Assembly: GCA_040285855.1 (NCBI GenBank)
Contig: JAUFOQ010000005.1
Span: forward strand, 1,488,001 to 1,552,000
Reading direction: 5' to 3'
DNA: 64,000 nt
Source: Eukaryota sp. GEM-RC1
Taxonomy: Eukaryota
Shown here piece after piece: positions 26,641 through 41,016 of this stretch; position 1 is the stretch's first letter; the number at the start of each line of letters is the position of its first letter. The notes below the pieces were generated by a model. It ran no database searches and was not told the origin of the DNA. It was given only the letters and a program-made list of their open reading frames with translations. The position numbers and the translations under genes are program-made.

Positions 26641-27385
26641 TGTAGTTTTATTTATGTCCATATTTTAAACTTTTGTTTATTTTCTTCAATGTATTTTATG
26701 TCGCTCTCACAAATTCATATAAAGAATTTTTACATGTAAATTTTCAATAGTATTGTCTTTTTTTAAACTGTAGTTTACAGTGAATATTGTTTTATTTTGT
26801 ACAGTATGATCTGATTACTGCAATTTAGAATGCGTCTTATTTAGAATCGGTGTCCCTCCCTTCTCATCAATTACTAGTGTCTCCATCTTAAAAATCATTT
26901 AGATTTTCTAGTACAAACCTGTAGATTCATTGCTTAGATTATTGTAAGCTTAATTAAAGAAGTCAAAAAACGGAGTTACATTGTTCAGTGAAACGTCATT
27001 TTTGATACATAATCGTCTTGCAAATTACTGCGGATCCAATTTACTTAACGTCACTGTCTACCTTAGTTAGTTCAAACAAAAATTGTAGATTTAGAATCTA
27101 AGCACCACAGAAATCTAAGTTCTTAATGTCTATGTACTTCTGAGTTTTCAATATTAATGATTGAGTGAGTATATTAATCGGTAATTCTTCTCGCTCCAAA
27201 TTACACAATCAGTCGTTAGTACCATAACCATTTGCTATAAGTTTCTTATTCTTCAAATATGATGTCAAAATTTGATATTGTCAAGGTTCATTTTTAACAA
27301 TGATTCAAACCTAAGAAGTATTTGATCTTATACTTTCATTCAGAATACAGTTATATTTATAATCAACATTGTAAACTTACTATAC

Positions 27386-29127
27386 CTAATCACTTTTGAT
27401 TGAGCTAAAAAGCCTGTTAACAAATACATAAGCTGACAACCATGCAAGAGCCCCAAATACTAAAAACAAAGCAAAGCAACCAAGAAAAGTATAACCCATG
27501 TAAAAGAGAAACTGGAATCCACCAACCATTTCAGAAGTAAAGAAATAAAAGAAAGAATAAATAAACACATAGACAGCAAGCATACCGCCCATGAAAAGGA
27601 ATTTGTCCACCATCGATAATCACCAAAACTCAATTGGAAATAGGTCAAAATCAACGTTGTACACACGACAACAATGGCTAATGAGAACACAATCACCATC
27701 AAAACCCAATAGAGTTGATACGTATTGTTAGACCAAATTGAAGATAAAACAAATGACAACTCTAAAAAGATTGTTGAAAAGGGAGAAAGCCAGCCAGTGC
27801 TGCAAAAGCCATCCTACTTCTAAACCAAGGCTGAACAGGGATATCGGCTGGGAAAAGAGAAACTTTGACTGGAGGTTCAACTTGTTTGGAGAATCTTCTG
27901 GCGACAAGTCCAGAAGCAACTGATAAAGGAAATGAAATGAAAACAAATAAAATCAATAGATATAATATAGATCCAAGTGGTAATGCATGAGTATTCTGAG
28001 TAACATTTGATATAAATGACAAAATCAGAATTGTTAACAAGGCAGGTAATGAGTACAACAACGACAACACAACTAAGTTAAACGCAAAGTCTTTCCCACC
28101 TAATCTCTTGTAAAACCACCCACTTGTACTACCCCCAATGACTGACGATAGAACAAAGAGACTGATGAGTAGAGAGATTGAATGGCCACCATAGGGAGCT
28201 ACGGTGGAACTAAAGAAGACTTGGAAGAAGAGGAGTAAGCCAAGGGTAGCAGCGAGTTGAACTCCTAATGCTACGGAAGCAATCAAAAATGATAGCTTCT
28301 TTGGAGGTCGGAACACGTCAGCAGACACTTGCTTCCATCCAACATTATCAAAGTCGTCAAGAGTCAAGGTAGTGGGGAGGGCTTCTGACGACTTCTTGTA
28401 CCGTGTAACATCCTTCTTTAAGACATTGAACAGGACTAGGAACATTACCACCACTCCAAGGATAACGATACCAATAGAGTTGAGGATAGAGAACCAGTGG
28501 ATGGAGGGAAGATCGAGAGGCAAGAGTTCCATAGACGGAGAAACGGTCATCGTAGGAGAGAGAAGTAGGAACCCACGTGGTTTCATAGGTGAATGGTATG
28601 GCTACGGGTTCTTCCGTGGGGTATAGGGGGAAGGATTTGTCCTCGTAAACAGTAACATTGATTCCAACTAAATGATGACCATTGTAGTAGGCAAAGAAGT
28701 GATAGTGGTTGAAGAGGTAAGCAATGCCGTTGCCGTTGTTGAAGTAGCCTACTGGGCCCCAGAGAGGGAGGTCGTCAAGGAGCATTTCAAACCAAAACTC
28801 GTTTAGTACGGCCTTTGTGAACTTTTTGATGCCTTTGGGTGAGACAACATGGGATTCAGAACACATGGCGCGAGTTGGGATGTTTGTTTTGAACTTGAAT
28901 TGAAGTGGTGTAGACACGAAGCGGTCGCCTTGAAGAAGCTCACCAAGAGACATTAATTTAGTTTGAAGTTTGTCTGGACGGCAGTAAGGTAAGGAATAGA
29001 ATGAATATCGTTGAGAAGGACTGTGTACCGGTCCAACAACATTGTAGTAGAAAGGGACGACTTGCCCATCTTCGTAGGCTAGTGTCACTACTAATACCAG
29101 TAGAAAGATGCTGAGTTTTGTGAACAT
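27386..29127 (-). CDS. Transmembrane 9 superfamily (nonaspanin/EMP70) protein
   Basis: Signal peptide, YSLPYCRP, SLGELLQGDR, DDLPLWG, IHWFSILNS, GWKQVSADVFRPP, DYRWW, C-terminal IKSD; three small indels. Confidence 0.95.
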
Positions 29128-29159
29128 GGGGTTTTAGTTTTGTTGAATGGACAAATTTA

Positions 29160-29782
29160 CAGTGTTGCGCCATTGTTTGCCATACACGTATGGACTGCCA
29201 TACTTCCATACGCCCATACGCGTATGACATTTTCTGTTTTTGCGATACGCATTTTGACTACATGTATCATTATTAGAACTTCTTCGACGCAGAGACTCTA
29301 TGATATGTTTATAAATTTGTAGATAAATATACTTTATTGAAAACCAACCTCCACATCATCCATCTCATTGGAAACATTATCACCATCAAGATACCATCTC
29401 TGCTTCCATTGCTCTTTGATCTGAGTTCAATTGATTTGTATAGAAACCAGTTTTTGTGTGTTCCTTTATAAGTCTGTTTTTGTTATTATGTCACTTTTTT
29501 TTAAAAAGTAGTTCTACAAAGTGAAAAAAGTCTGTTTCATCGTTTTTTGTGAATGAAAGAATATGTACTCAAACTCCTTCACTCGATTCTACAGAGCATA
29601 CTTGTTCTACTAATTTGATGACAAATTGCAGTGTATGAGATGGTATTTCAACAATTTGAAGTTAAGTGATGTTGGAAAGATTCTGCTAGATATGGCTTGA
29701 TGGCCATTGTTAGCCATTCTTCCATACGTTCATACGCCCATACGCGTGTGGCAAATTTATTTTTGGTTATGGCGCAACACTG
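29160..29782. mobile_element. hAT-type MITE
   Basis: 14-bp TIR CAGTGTTGCGCCAT / ATGGCGCAACACTG; perfect 8-bp TSD CAAATTTA; subterminal CCATACG repeats. Confidence 0.92.
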
Positions 29783-30639
29783 CAAATTTACCTACAGGGA
29801 CATTTACAATTCAGGTCCTCCTCAGGCAGATTAGTTTAGATACTTTAGTTAGCGTCTGTTAGTTATTAACTTCTGCAAATGCATTTATTTAACTGATTGA
29901 TCATCAACCCCGTTTTTTCTCAGGCATACTAGTAGTTAGAAATGCGTACGGCACGTGCGATAAACTACTGTGTACGTGTGGAATATGTGAGGTTTCTTTG
30001 TTCCGTATTCCAACGTATTCTGCTTATTAATACTCCTTTCTGTTAACCAGCACCTATTTTATATTATAAAATACTATTGATGAAACAAAAACTACAACTC
30101 TTCATTAAGGTAGAGATTCACAACAATAATATCTTCTGGATCATCTTCAAGAATGTCCTGGTCCTCATCTTGAGGTTCAGCAATACAATTGATCTTACAA
30201 TGTTTCAATTCAATTGAATTTTGATCAATTTCCCAGGGGATCACAAGACCTTTTTCAGCCATTTTATTCATAGTTGGGAAATACACCACATTCGAAAATA
30301 AAATACACTAAAATCACAAAAAAACACTAAAATCACAAAAATACACAACCATACAATTTTGTAACATAATAATATTTTGTTATCTTCATTTTTTGAAATA
30401 TTATGATTACCGCTTAATATCACCAATCAATGTCAATTTCGAGGGTTGATTAGTTATTCTGATTACTAAACCTTGCATAATTCAAGGCATATGACCACTT
30501 GAATAGTCAAAATGAACGTTCTGGAAAAAATACCAAAACAAACTTAATTCGAATTTAAAAAATACCAAAAAATACCAAAAAATACAAATGATACAAAAAG
30601 TGTATTTTCCAACTACGATTTTATTTATCTGGTGTTTCA

Positions 30640-30871
30640 GTCTTTGATTGGCGCAAAGAAATACCATAGTTTGTGAACATTGTTCAAGTTAAGCATCAAA
30701 GTTACACTTTGAAGAATCAAGCAAGTGATTACTAACATTGCAAACTTGTCCCAAGAATGCAGATAAAATTGCTCTGAAAACAGAGAGTTGATGACTGATT
30801 TGAAAAGAATTCTTTTCAAGAGCACTCTTCAGTAGACGAATCAGAATCAACAAAGACGCGAACATCAACAT
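30640..30871 (-). pseudogene. Diverged fragment of the LRR-family N-terminal domain
   Basis: SLLILIRLL...AILSAFLGQVCNVSNHLLDSS vs SLLILIHLHLL...TALPAFFGQVGYVSNHFLDSS. Confidence 0.75.
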
Positions 30872-31332
30872 AATTGATTAAATTTTATAATACATAAAGA
30901 GAATTATTAAGCATGTCCCCTCAGCTCCCAATTTTAGGTATATCCCTTGATTTCATTTCTCGTCTCTCTACTTTCACTTCTGAGTCATCATAAATCTACG
31001 TTTATATACCCATTCTATTACAAAGACCAAGCCTCCAGTTCGTCTTCTTGTACATGTTACTGTGTTATGACCTGGTTGTCGACATAATCGATGGATCACA
31101 TAAATACAATAATGCATGCTAAGGAAGTTGCACCAATTTCCAAACCCAAAAATTAGCTCTTATAATTGAACAATTATTAATGCTAATCCTTTGTACTACT
31201 ATAAGTGTTAGATTCCTGACAACAAAGAATTCTTTATCTATAGCGAACAAACCGCACCGTGCTCCTGTGTACTTAGAAAAATGATAACATGAACATATTC
31301 GTTCAAGTGAAACCTGAAAGAGGTATTCAAAA

Positions 31333-34300
31333 CTAATCATGTTGTTGATTGAGTATTTCAGAAAGCGTTTCTTTTGTCCGGGAAAGAATGTCCCAAACCA
31401 TCTGATTAATTGTACTCATATTATTAATAGTGGATCTGTGGTACCTACCCCCATATACGGAACGAAATAAACAACAGTGAGTGACCGAACTATTGATGAT
31501 TAAAGCAAGTGCCTGGGCCCCTTCAGAAAATACTAAGTTCGGTGTACTACGAGTCATAGCAAAATTTCCAAGACCGATCTTAGACACTGTTAGATTAACC
31601 TTCAAAGCCTCTGCAATTGCAGAAACACCCATGCTTTTAATAAAACAATCTGTTAACTCAATATTAGAAACTGAAGAATTAACCTTCAAAGCGTCCGCAA
31701 TTGCACCAGCACCTAGACATTTGCTGGGGTTGAAACTCATATCAATATAAGAAATAGAAGAATTAACCTTCAAAGTCTCTGCCATTGCATTCGCGCCTCC
31801 GGGACCTATATGATTTTTACATAGAAAAATTTTAGAAATAGAAGAATTAACCTTCAAAGTCTCTGCGATTGCAGTCACTCCTTCAGTACCTATACCAGTG
31901 TTCCATAAAGAAATTGTAGACACAGAAGAATTAACCTTCAAAGCATCAGCAAGAAATCGATCTCCTTCAACCCCAATGTCGTTGAAACCTAGATCGAGCT
32001 CAGAAAGCGTAGTATTGACCTTCAAAGCGTCTGCAATCACTTTAGCCTTTTCATCATTGTTTTGATGATGGTCAAAACCTATATTACCCATGTTAAGAGT
32101 AAGTTTTGCCAGATCCAAAAACGATTTGTTCGAACTTTCATCATCCGTCTCATCTATATCTGATTCCGTCTCAAAGCATTCATCATCAGAGCTTGTACTG
32201 GTATTGTCTTGGAAACACATTCTGGACAGTTTTACTGTTTCTGCATAGTTTTTCTTAAAAACATACACCATTTATTGGAGAGATCTCGTTCCCAGCAAGG
32301 ACCATCACTTGATGATGTGACGTGATGACGTGATGAACTTTGCAACAATAAGTTCAAAATGTTGATAGACTTCAGCTAATGCAAATAGTTTAGTCCAGAC
32401 TGTTACAAGAGACTTCATTTTAGAAGTCAGAGAAATTTGAAAAGGTTGAACTAAGTGTTTGGTTGGCGATGAAGTAGAGTGAAGAAATATCGAAGTTACA
32501 AATTGAATACTTGCTAAAACACATGCTCGGACTTTGGCCTTATGACGCCGCATTTCTAGACGTCGTTCAGAAGTTGAGCTATTAACAACCCCAGTTTGAT
32601 AACGATGAACACATGATTCTGGCGGAATAGTAACATCAAATTTTTTTTGGAAATGAGAATGACATTGTTCGATCAAAATGTTAAAAAATCCATCAAATTG
32701 TTCTGGCAACTTAAGACAAAGTGCGAAGTAAATTTCAATTAATGTAGGCTCCAGATATGCCTTATCTAAAAGATATGAACCAGTATTTCTACGGAACTTC
32801 TCAAGATCTTCATTAGAAAATGATCTCGAACAAGAATGACGTCCAATGAAGATGTTCACAATATTAGAAAAGACTTGGTTTTTGTTAGACGGACAGATGC
32901 TTTGTAATAACTCAATAGTTTCCTTGAATGCAACGGTAGACGTACAACGAGACAATTCAACTTTCATTACATTGAGTTTTGTACTCAAATCAAACAAGTA
33001 ATGGTTTAATTCTTTTAATTGACTGTCGCGTTGATTTAAAGATTCTAAAGACTCTTTGAATAAGCAGGGGGAAAGTAAAGCGGAAAGTCGTGGATCCTCT
33101 GTTAGCTTTGAGAGAAGATTTAATACTTCAATACGGTTCACACAGGATTCAAAGTCAAAATTCAACACTTCTTTTCAACATCCTGTACCGTCCATAATTC
33201 GGTCTCTTTCCATGACTTAACAAGACAATTTATAAGAAAGATGTCATAAGAAGGGTGTAAATCATTTTTCAACGTTTTAAAAATTGTGGGAACAACACAC
33301 GGATATATGAAAGTATTTGTCACATCATTTAAATCTATGATCAATGAAAAATTTTGGGTAAAAAAATCGCAATGTAAAAGTTGACCTCCCCGGTAACTTG
33401 AACAAAAGTGCTTAAAAGTGCTTAAGCACCACAAAAACCACTCATCAGGAATGACTTGCGCATTTTGAATCCTCGAAAAGACCTTCATTGACCAAGTTTA
33501 TAGGAATTCACGAAGGTAATTCTGGTCAAATAATGGAAAGAGACGATTATAAATTTGGATGACATTTTGCTCCTGAATAACGATTTTACCGAAAACTTCA
33601 GTCAACTCATAGTAATTCCCGATATAAACTGATTCATTAATAGATAAAAGCAAACACCGATACAACCAAGAACCATTGACTACATCAAGCAAAAGAGAGA
33701 TAAATGGAAGAGGTAACAGAAAGGGATGTGAAAAATCTCTGATATCGTCTAATAATTTAAAAATTTTTGAATTCTCATTTAAAATATTGAACAGATTTCG
33801 CTCAGAAATAGTTTTCAATAAAAAGAGTATATTTGAGCAGACGTAAGAGACGAAACAAATGCATTACACGTTTCCTTCAGTTTTGTTACTTTAAAATAAA
33901 CTGCCAATTGATAAAAATCAACGACATTACACATACCAAGATCGAATGATTCACCAACAATATACTTGAAAAATGACTCAAAATTTGAAACAGAAACACC
34001 AGTAAACTCTTCACCGTAGGAAAAGTTCCGCTCATTTGAGTCAGCAAAATTTGAACAGAACAGATTTTTAAAATATTCAGAGGAGCATATCAACATCAAA
34101 GAGCTAATGGTTAGAGACTTATCTTTAAAAGAAAGCAAGACATCTTGTTGAACATTTGATCTAATAGTTTGTAAGACTTCTTCAGACTTCATTTGAAGAC
34201 GACGTGACTCAGACAATCCTTGAGATATAATCTTACCAATAGATTGTGTTAAAGAGGTGACTTCAAGAAGAGAGGATATTGTGATGATAATAGTAAAGTT

Positions 34301-34693
34301 ATCAAGGGTAAGTTCGAAAGGCTGTCCGTAACAATAGTCTAATATTCGGAAGAAGATATCAGCATCAGAAGTGATGGACTCTAGTTGAGAGAAGTGTACT
34401 TCATGATAGGAATTGAGCAACTTCTCTTTCAATACGAGACTGAATGAAGAGATGACATCAGAGCGACACGGGTAAGCCTGGCCATGGAAAAATACAAGGC
34501 TGTCAGTGAGAAGCTGATTTTGCTTATTATAAAACAGTTGAGATACTATATCACACGAATTAGAATCAACATTTATATGGTGCAAATTCAGTGGGTTTTC
34601 AGAAAATGAAGTGGTTTCAACGTTGTTCAAGATGTCAGATTGAGGAGCCATGTGAAGATTCCCTCTTGCTTCTGTTGGAAAACTCCTGGTCAT
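31333..34693 (-). CDS. BTB/POZ-domain + C-terminal RNI-like LRR protein (several frameshifts; may be a pseudogene)
   Basis: Two BTB-like segments (VISSFSLVLKEKL..ILDYCYG; LICSSEYFKNLF..F.DSNE) and C-terminal ADALKVNSSVSTISL repeats in five collinear ORFs. Confidence 0.75.
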
Positions 34694-35019
34694 TGACTTA
34701 TGTGGAGTGGAAAAATTCCACTAGCAGCAACTTGAACCAGTGTTCGAAATTTCCCACGTGTTTTTTAAAAGACACCGTGTCGGTGTTAACACGCGTGTCC
34801 ACACGGTGTCTTTGATGCAGGCTTGTTACTTGATAAAAAACGTTTAAAACGTATTTTGAAAAAAACGACGTTTTTTATTCTTGTCAACGTTTTTTATACT
34901 CTGGAATGACACAAAAAGCACGACTTTCTACTCCACTTTTGTCTTAATATGACAGGTGTTGTTTTAAGTATGTTGTTTCTGACCAAGCAAGACAGAAACA
35001 AGGCAAGAACATTTGTTGG

Positions 35020-35100
35020 TGTTAGCCAAAGGTATTAGTATAGTTACGTAGTCATTATAATTCATTTATAAATCCCTTTCCCTTTGTACTGAAGGTATCA
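35020..35100 (+). repeat. 5' LTR (81 bp)
   Basis: Identical to 41017-41097. Confidence 0.95.
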
Positions 35101-38100
35101 ATAATTATTGTCCATGGTAAAAAGGTGAAACCATGCTAACCCGAGTCCTTCTAGTGAAGACTCGTTTAATCGTAGATTCTATGAGTCCAGCTCATAAGAT
35201 TTCGTTTCTTACCGATATAAGTCCTGTTTCAGGCATTCGTAGTCCCTCTCCTTCAAAGGAGGCGGAAGCTCATCTCCCTCATCCAATTTGGAAGGCGGAG
35301 ATGATGCTGGAGACAGACCCCCATCCAATACGGGTGGCGGCTTCTTCAAGGACGTAAGTCCCCCATCCAATACGGGTGGCGGCTGTCAAGGAGGTCTAAC
35401 TTCCTCAGTAATAGACATTGAGTCTTTATTGAACAAGTTTAGACCTCCTAGAGGTTATAAGTATGGTTACGCTACCACTTTGTCAGCAGAAAGTAACCTT
35501 GAAACCTGTTTTTTTAAGCAATAGTATCAGTAGTACTGTTGTTGTTTTCAAATAAAGAATCTGTATTGAACAGAGTACCAGTTCCTTAGGTGAGTTCAAC
35601 TGAAGTGACTAATGAGATCATCGATTTATTCGTAAAGGATACTTCAATGTAGATCCAAGTCAACAACTATCCCATCTGAGCATGGATGCCTATCATTGAT
35701 AGAAGAACTCAATCATTCTTCAAGAATTCACTCACAGTCACACTCTGAGGAATTCTCAAGATTATTGACCAACATTTGTGTTGCTTGGATTGATGTTATG
35801 TCTTGAATCTGTCTCATTCGTTAATGAACCATCAAGCAATTCCCTTGTAGCAGGCTTATAAACAGATAATGTTTTCTTTTGCACTCTATTCTGGAGATAG
35901 CAGGAGCTTTTCAGTGTTTTGTTATAAATAACTGTCTATATCTGATGTTTTACCTGTACAAGGAAGATGTAAGTCCCTCCATTTCGTTAGACGGCATTAA
36001 GAGTTGATTTTGTCTACTATGTGAACCCCATGAACGATTTAGTTGGAGTTGTACTCACTTTATTTTTGCGTTCTGGTAAGGCTATAAGCCCTTCACGAAA
36101 GATAGGCATGTCCACATAGTTGTTTCAGATTGAAATCGTTTCGTCTTTGTAGACTTTTGTCTTCAAAACAGAAACGTAGATGACATAAGACCTATTTCAG
36201 GCAGTCCAGAAGAGTTCTCTTCATACAAGATGTAGATTAGAACACTACTCTAGACAAAATTTGTGTCTTTTGTAGTTCCTCATTAACAAACGGTTGATGA
36301 GATGAAACCCTAATGTCCAAGACTGAGAAAGCCTCTGTCTACCGAACTTCCTTTAAATGAAGCTCTCGACCAACAGTAAGGCCACACTGACGATATCAGT
36401 GCAAATTTAGTACATAGGTTCCCCATTTCCCCAGTTTGAGTGAAATTTTGGATGTCGGTGGGAGTCGAACCGTTGTCTTGTTGACATATAGATTTTTTAA
36501 AATAAACCAACTATCTTGATGTAATATTATATATATTGTTTGGTCAATGTTTATTGTTGCTCACTTTCATGAGTGTAGTGAATGATCTAATACAAGTCCT
36601 AGAATTTTCCAACGTAGTTGTCTCATGAAAACATTGCTTGACGAAAAGAGAAAATGTAGAGTTCACACAGAAGATTCACTGGATTGTATTACCTGAGAGT
36701 TTGTACGAAACCTCAGATGCGTGTGTTTGATTTAGAGAGATCAGTGTCTACTGACTTTTGTTGATATCAACTCACAAGAAAACCAAGTTTTGAACTATAC
36801 TGGGTTTTTGGTTTTGAGAAGACCTTGTGTCACTTTGACAAGTGAAGTCATTTGAATTTGATTCAACTCTGGCAAATCAGGTCAACACTCAACCAATCGT
36901 CACATTGGGAAACAGAAACTGAAGTCGGATGATAGCCTCCTCCAACAGTTTTTGTAACGAAGTTGAAGGGATTTGGATCACTTACATGCAATTGAATGAT
37001 GTAGTTCCATTTGCCCATCCTTTAAGAAGTCTTCAATTGAGAAGCTTCTCCTGAAATCGTGGAAACGCTCCACATAGAAATCAAGGTCCTTGTTTCAAGT
37101 GACCTCTGAACTCCCTTTGACGCTAAGACCACTCTTAATCGTGTTAACTGTGGCAAATTTGGACATTCTGCAACTGATTGCCACCTTAGAAATATGGTGC
37201 TCAATCGTAAAAAAGAAAGAAAAGACCACAAAACGTAGGCCTGGTGATAGTCGTAGTGATTTTTGTCGTTTCAATACACCAATTTTATTTTTCAAATATT
37301 AAAGGTAAACACAACTACACTAAACCAGCAAAGTACATGAACCCATTGGCTGCTTTGAACACACATTCAAGCAAGGGTAGAAGTACGTCATCTGTTGAAA
37401 CAATTCGGAGTCTCAACCAGAACTTAGGGATCGAGTCAAAGGATAACGATTTCTTGTGTATTCGATTGTTGTTTAACAATGTGCCAGTGATTGGTGAGAT
37501 TGATTCTGCAGTTACATGCTCAATCATATCCCAAGATTTGATTTGTCACTGTGAGATGGCAACGATTGACAGTTGTATTGACTACATCTCTGCGAATAAT
37601 ATTCGTGCAACATCCTTAGGTAGTGCAGTAGGTGTTCTGACGTTCAACGTTGGTAGCTTGGCCAAACAGATTCACAGAAAACACTTCTCTCTCAGTTGTA
37701 CCTGGATCCAAACAACTTCTGATTGGCAGAGATTTGCAAGATGAACTGGAGTTACTAACGTATGATGGTTTAGTCATTAGATTAGATAAAGAGCATCGCA
37801 CTTTTCTCAATGTAGAGAGTGTTTTGATGGTAGAATGAAATCACCATTACAATCAGTCAATAGTGTTCAATCAAATTTCTCAACAATAAATTTAATATTG
37901 ATTAGTACGGTAACACTCAAACTGACATCAGTTTGTTTGAAGAAACCATTGACTCTGGTTGACGATAGAATTGGATGATCCTAACAGACATAGGAGCTTC
38001 TGAGCCTACTCAGTAAATACAAACAAGTGTTCTCCGAGCAGATTCACTCATATGGTATCGATTTGTCCACCGATGACCATTTCCTTTACGATGAAAATGT

Positions 38101-41016
38101 CACTGTATTTCGTCCTCCTTAAAGGCTTAACCCTGAAGAACAGCGTATAGCCGAAATTTTTTTTTGAATGAACTTATACGACAGGATGGACCGTACCATC
38201 GACTGGTAAGTTCAGTAATCCCATTATGTTGGTTGTGTACAAAGACCACATAAGGAAGCCTCGTTTAACTGGTGACTTCGGTGTATCAGACGGGATTAAA
38301 GCTAATACCAGACCGGTGAAACCAAACGTACTTCGGTTCTGTGATATTCTAGAGTTCCTTTCCAAAGCAAATTGCATCGGAACACTCGATCTTCCTAAAG
38401 CATTCTGGCAGCTAAAGGTAGCTGAGGAAGATGTCGAGAAGACCAGTGTATCTATAATTGGAATGTCAATTAGCTTCAAACGAGCATGTTTTGGTTTGAA
38501 AAACGTACCAACAATTTTCCAAAACATCATGATGGAAATATTCGATGTGGAAGGTGTATTCATTTATATAGACGATATAATTGTAGTAGTTGACACTTTC
38601 GAACAGTTTATTTCAAGAATAAATCTAGTACTGGAACGAGCAGAACGTTTTAGAGTACGGATTGGATTACGGAAGTGTAGGTTCACCACTTCTAAACTTC
38701 TTAATAAGATTCTGGACAGACATTTTTGCAACAAAACCCGTAGCATTAATGAGAACAGAGTTTCGGCTTTGATCGAGCTTCCAGCTCCTTCATCTTTACA
38801 AGAGGAAGATTCTTCCATAGAAGATTCTTTGAACAAAAGACCATGATGCTTTACTCGCACAATTGAAGTCTGAGATCCTAAATCACATGGCATTGAACTT
38901 ACTTGATACTGATAAGAACATTATCATGTCAACTGATACATCCAACATTGTTGTTGGTGGTGTGATCTGGCAGGAAGAAAATCCCCCAGCTCCACCAGGT
39001 ACTCCGTTAGATGATCGTAGAGTTAGACCTGTATCTTTTTGTAGCCGTTTACTCAATGAAAGTCAACAGAATTGGCCAGCTATCCAGAAAGAGCTGTTTA
39101 CCATTCTCTTGATTCTGACCGAATCTAGTTTAGAAGGTTTCCTGTTAAGTAGGCACTTGACGATCTTCACTGATCATAGGAACCTTGCTTATCTAATGTC
39201 TACTCCAGAGAAGAATCGCATGGAAACGATGGATTCCCATTTTATCTGAATTTGATTTTGAGATAGAGCATGTAGCTGGTACAATCAATCAATGGGCTGA
39301 CATGTTAACACGTGTTATTGACCGACGCCCAGTTGAAACAATCAAATCTTTGACGATCTCAAATCTTTCCATCAAAAATGACTTAACCCTTTCCCAAGAA
39401 GGCTTACTCATTGATGACGCAAATTATTTTTGAGATGCTTCCACGTAACACCAACGTGCTGGCTATCAAGCGTCTTCGTGACCTCTCATACGACAATAAA
39501 ATCCCTTTATTTGATTCTTGGCTATCAACCATCAGGTTGGAACAAAGCAAGATCAACTGTTCACTGGATCGACCTTGTGTACAAAGAGTAATGTACACAT
39601 AAACTCCACGAACAAGAGATTGATTCCATCTAGCTTGATAAAGAAGGTTCTTTACATGCTGCATGGATTAGTCCAGTCAGGACATCCAAGCAAGAAACAA
39701 AGTTTGGACACACTGTGCAATAGTGGTTACTTTTGGTCAAGTATGAAAGCTGACATGATAAAACATGTTCAGTAATGCCCCCGTGTCAGAAAACGGCACC
39801 TGTTCTTGAAAAGATTATTGAATCGACGGATTCTCTATGGGCTGATAGACCTTTTGCTAGACTAATCGTCGATACAATTGGTTCACTTCCAAAAGATCAG
39901 AGTGGAAACCAATACCTCTTGGTGTTTGTAGTTTCTTTCACCAGATACACCATTCTGTGCCCCTTCGAAGAAATATCAATAGTAAAGAAATAGCATATTG
40001 TCTTGTGTGAGATGTGATTGTTATTTTCGGAATACTGTTGTGTATCATAGTGATAATGGTACTCAGTTTGCCAATGCTATTTTCGAGGCAGTTTGTAACC
40101 TACTGGCGATTGAAGAAAGTCGTTCGATTCCTCATTTCTCCCAGAGTAATGGGCTGGTGGAATGACGTCACAGAGACGTTCTGCAAAGCCTACGTCGTCT
40201 CCTTGTGGACTTCAATGTTTGAGACAATTGGTCAACGTACATTCCAACTGTATAGTTGCAAATCAACGCTAGGCATACTCCCTACGAACTGATGTTTGGT
40301 AGCGACTTAAGTCCTGGTGCAGATCCTAGTAGTTTACTAGATGCTGTTGAGAAATCAACAAAGAATGTTCCGTATATTGACGACATTAAAATGAAACTAG
40401 AACGACTAACGAAAATGAGAGAAGAGGCAGAGGTTCGACAGACGTCAATCAAGCCCAAGAAGAAATCTGAATCTAGTCAATCATTTAAGATTGGTGATTT
40501 TGTGGTAAAGATCGCCAAAACTAGTAAGCTCCATGGTAATTACTTTGGACCTTTTCTAGTTGTATCAGTTGATTCGAAATCTTCTGTGTCACTAAAGAAT
40601 CTGATCACTGGTCATGTTAGTAAGACTAGCATTCATCAATGTAAGATCTTTCAATCAGATCTACCTGCTGATCATGATCTCCACAGAACAGTTGCTTCTG
40701 GGGATTCTGTAGAACACATCGTGATTAAGATCCTAGACAGGTTCGATACATTCGATGTTCAACATTGTACTGTCCTTTGGTTTGGTGGTGATACTTCATC
40801 AGTTCCCATCAAAGACATCAAACACACCAAGGTGTATAGTGAATTTGTAATTTAGAAAATGTAGATTTATTTCATAGTAATAGTAGAATCAAGACTAGTA
40901 ACAAAAAGCCTAAGCTTAAACGTACCTCAAGTAGTAAGAGTAGTCCTAAGTCACCCTCCAAAGTTAAGACACCTGTGGCTAAGAGAACAAGGAGCTCGAA
41001 AGAAGAGAAGAGGTAA

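Noticed and set aside
27386..29127. Repeated frameshifts in conserved genes (TM9SF, FIG4-like, 9760 LRR, BTB-LRR) as programmed frameshifting or insertional RNA editing
   Set aside because: The junctions I examined are 1-2 nt losses in homopolymer or CT-rich tracts with no shared signal, typical of long-read consensus error; short-read or RNA-seq data would settle it
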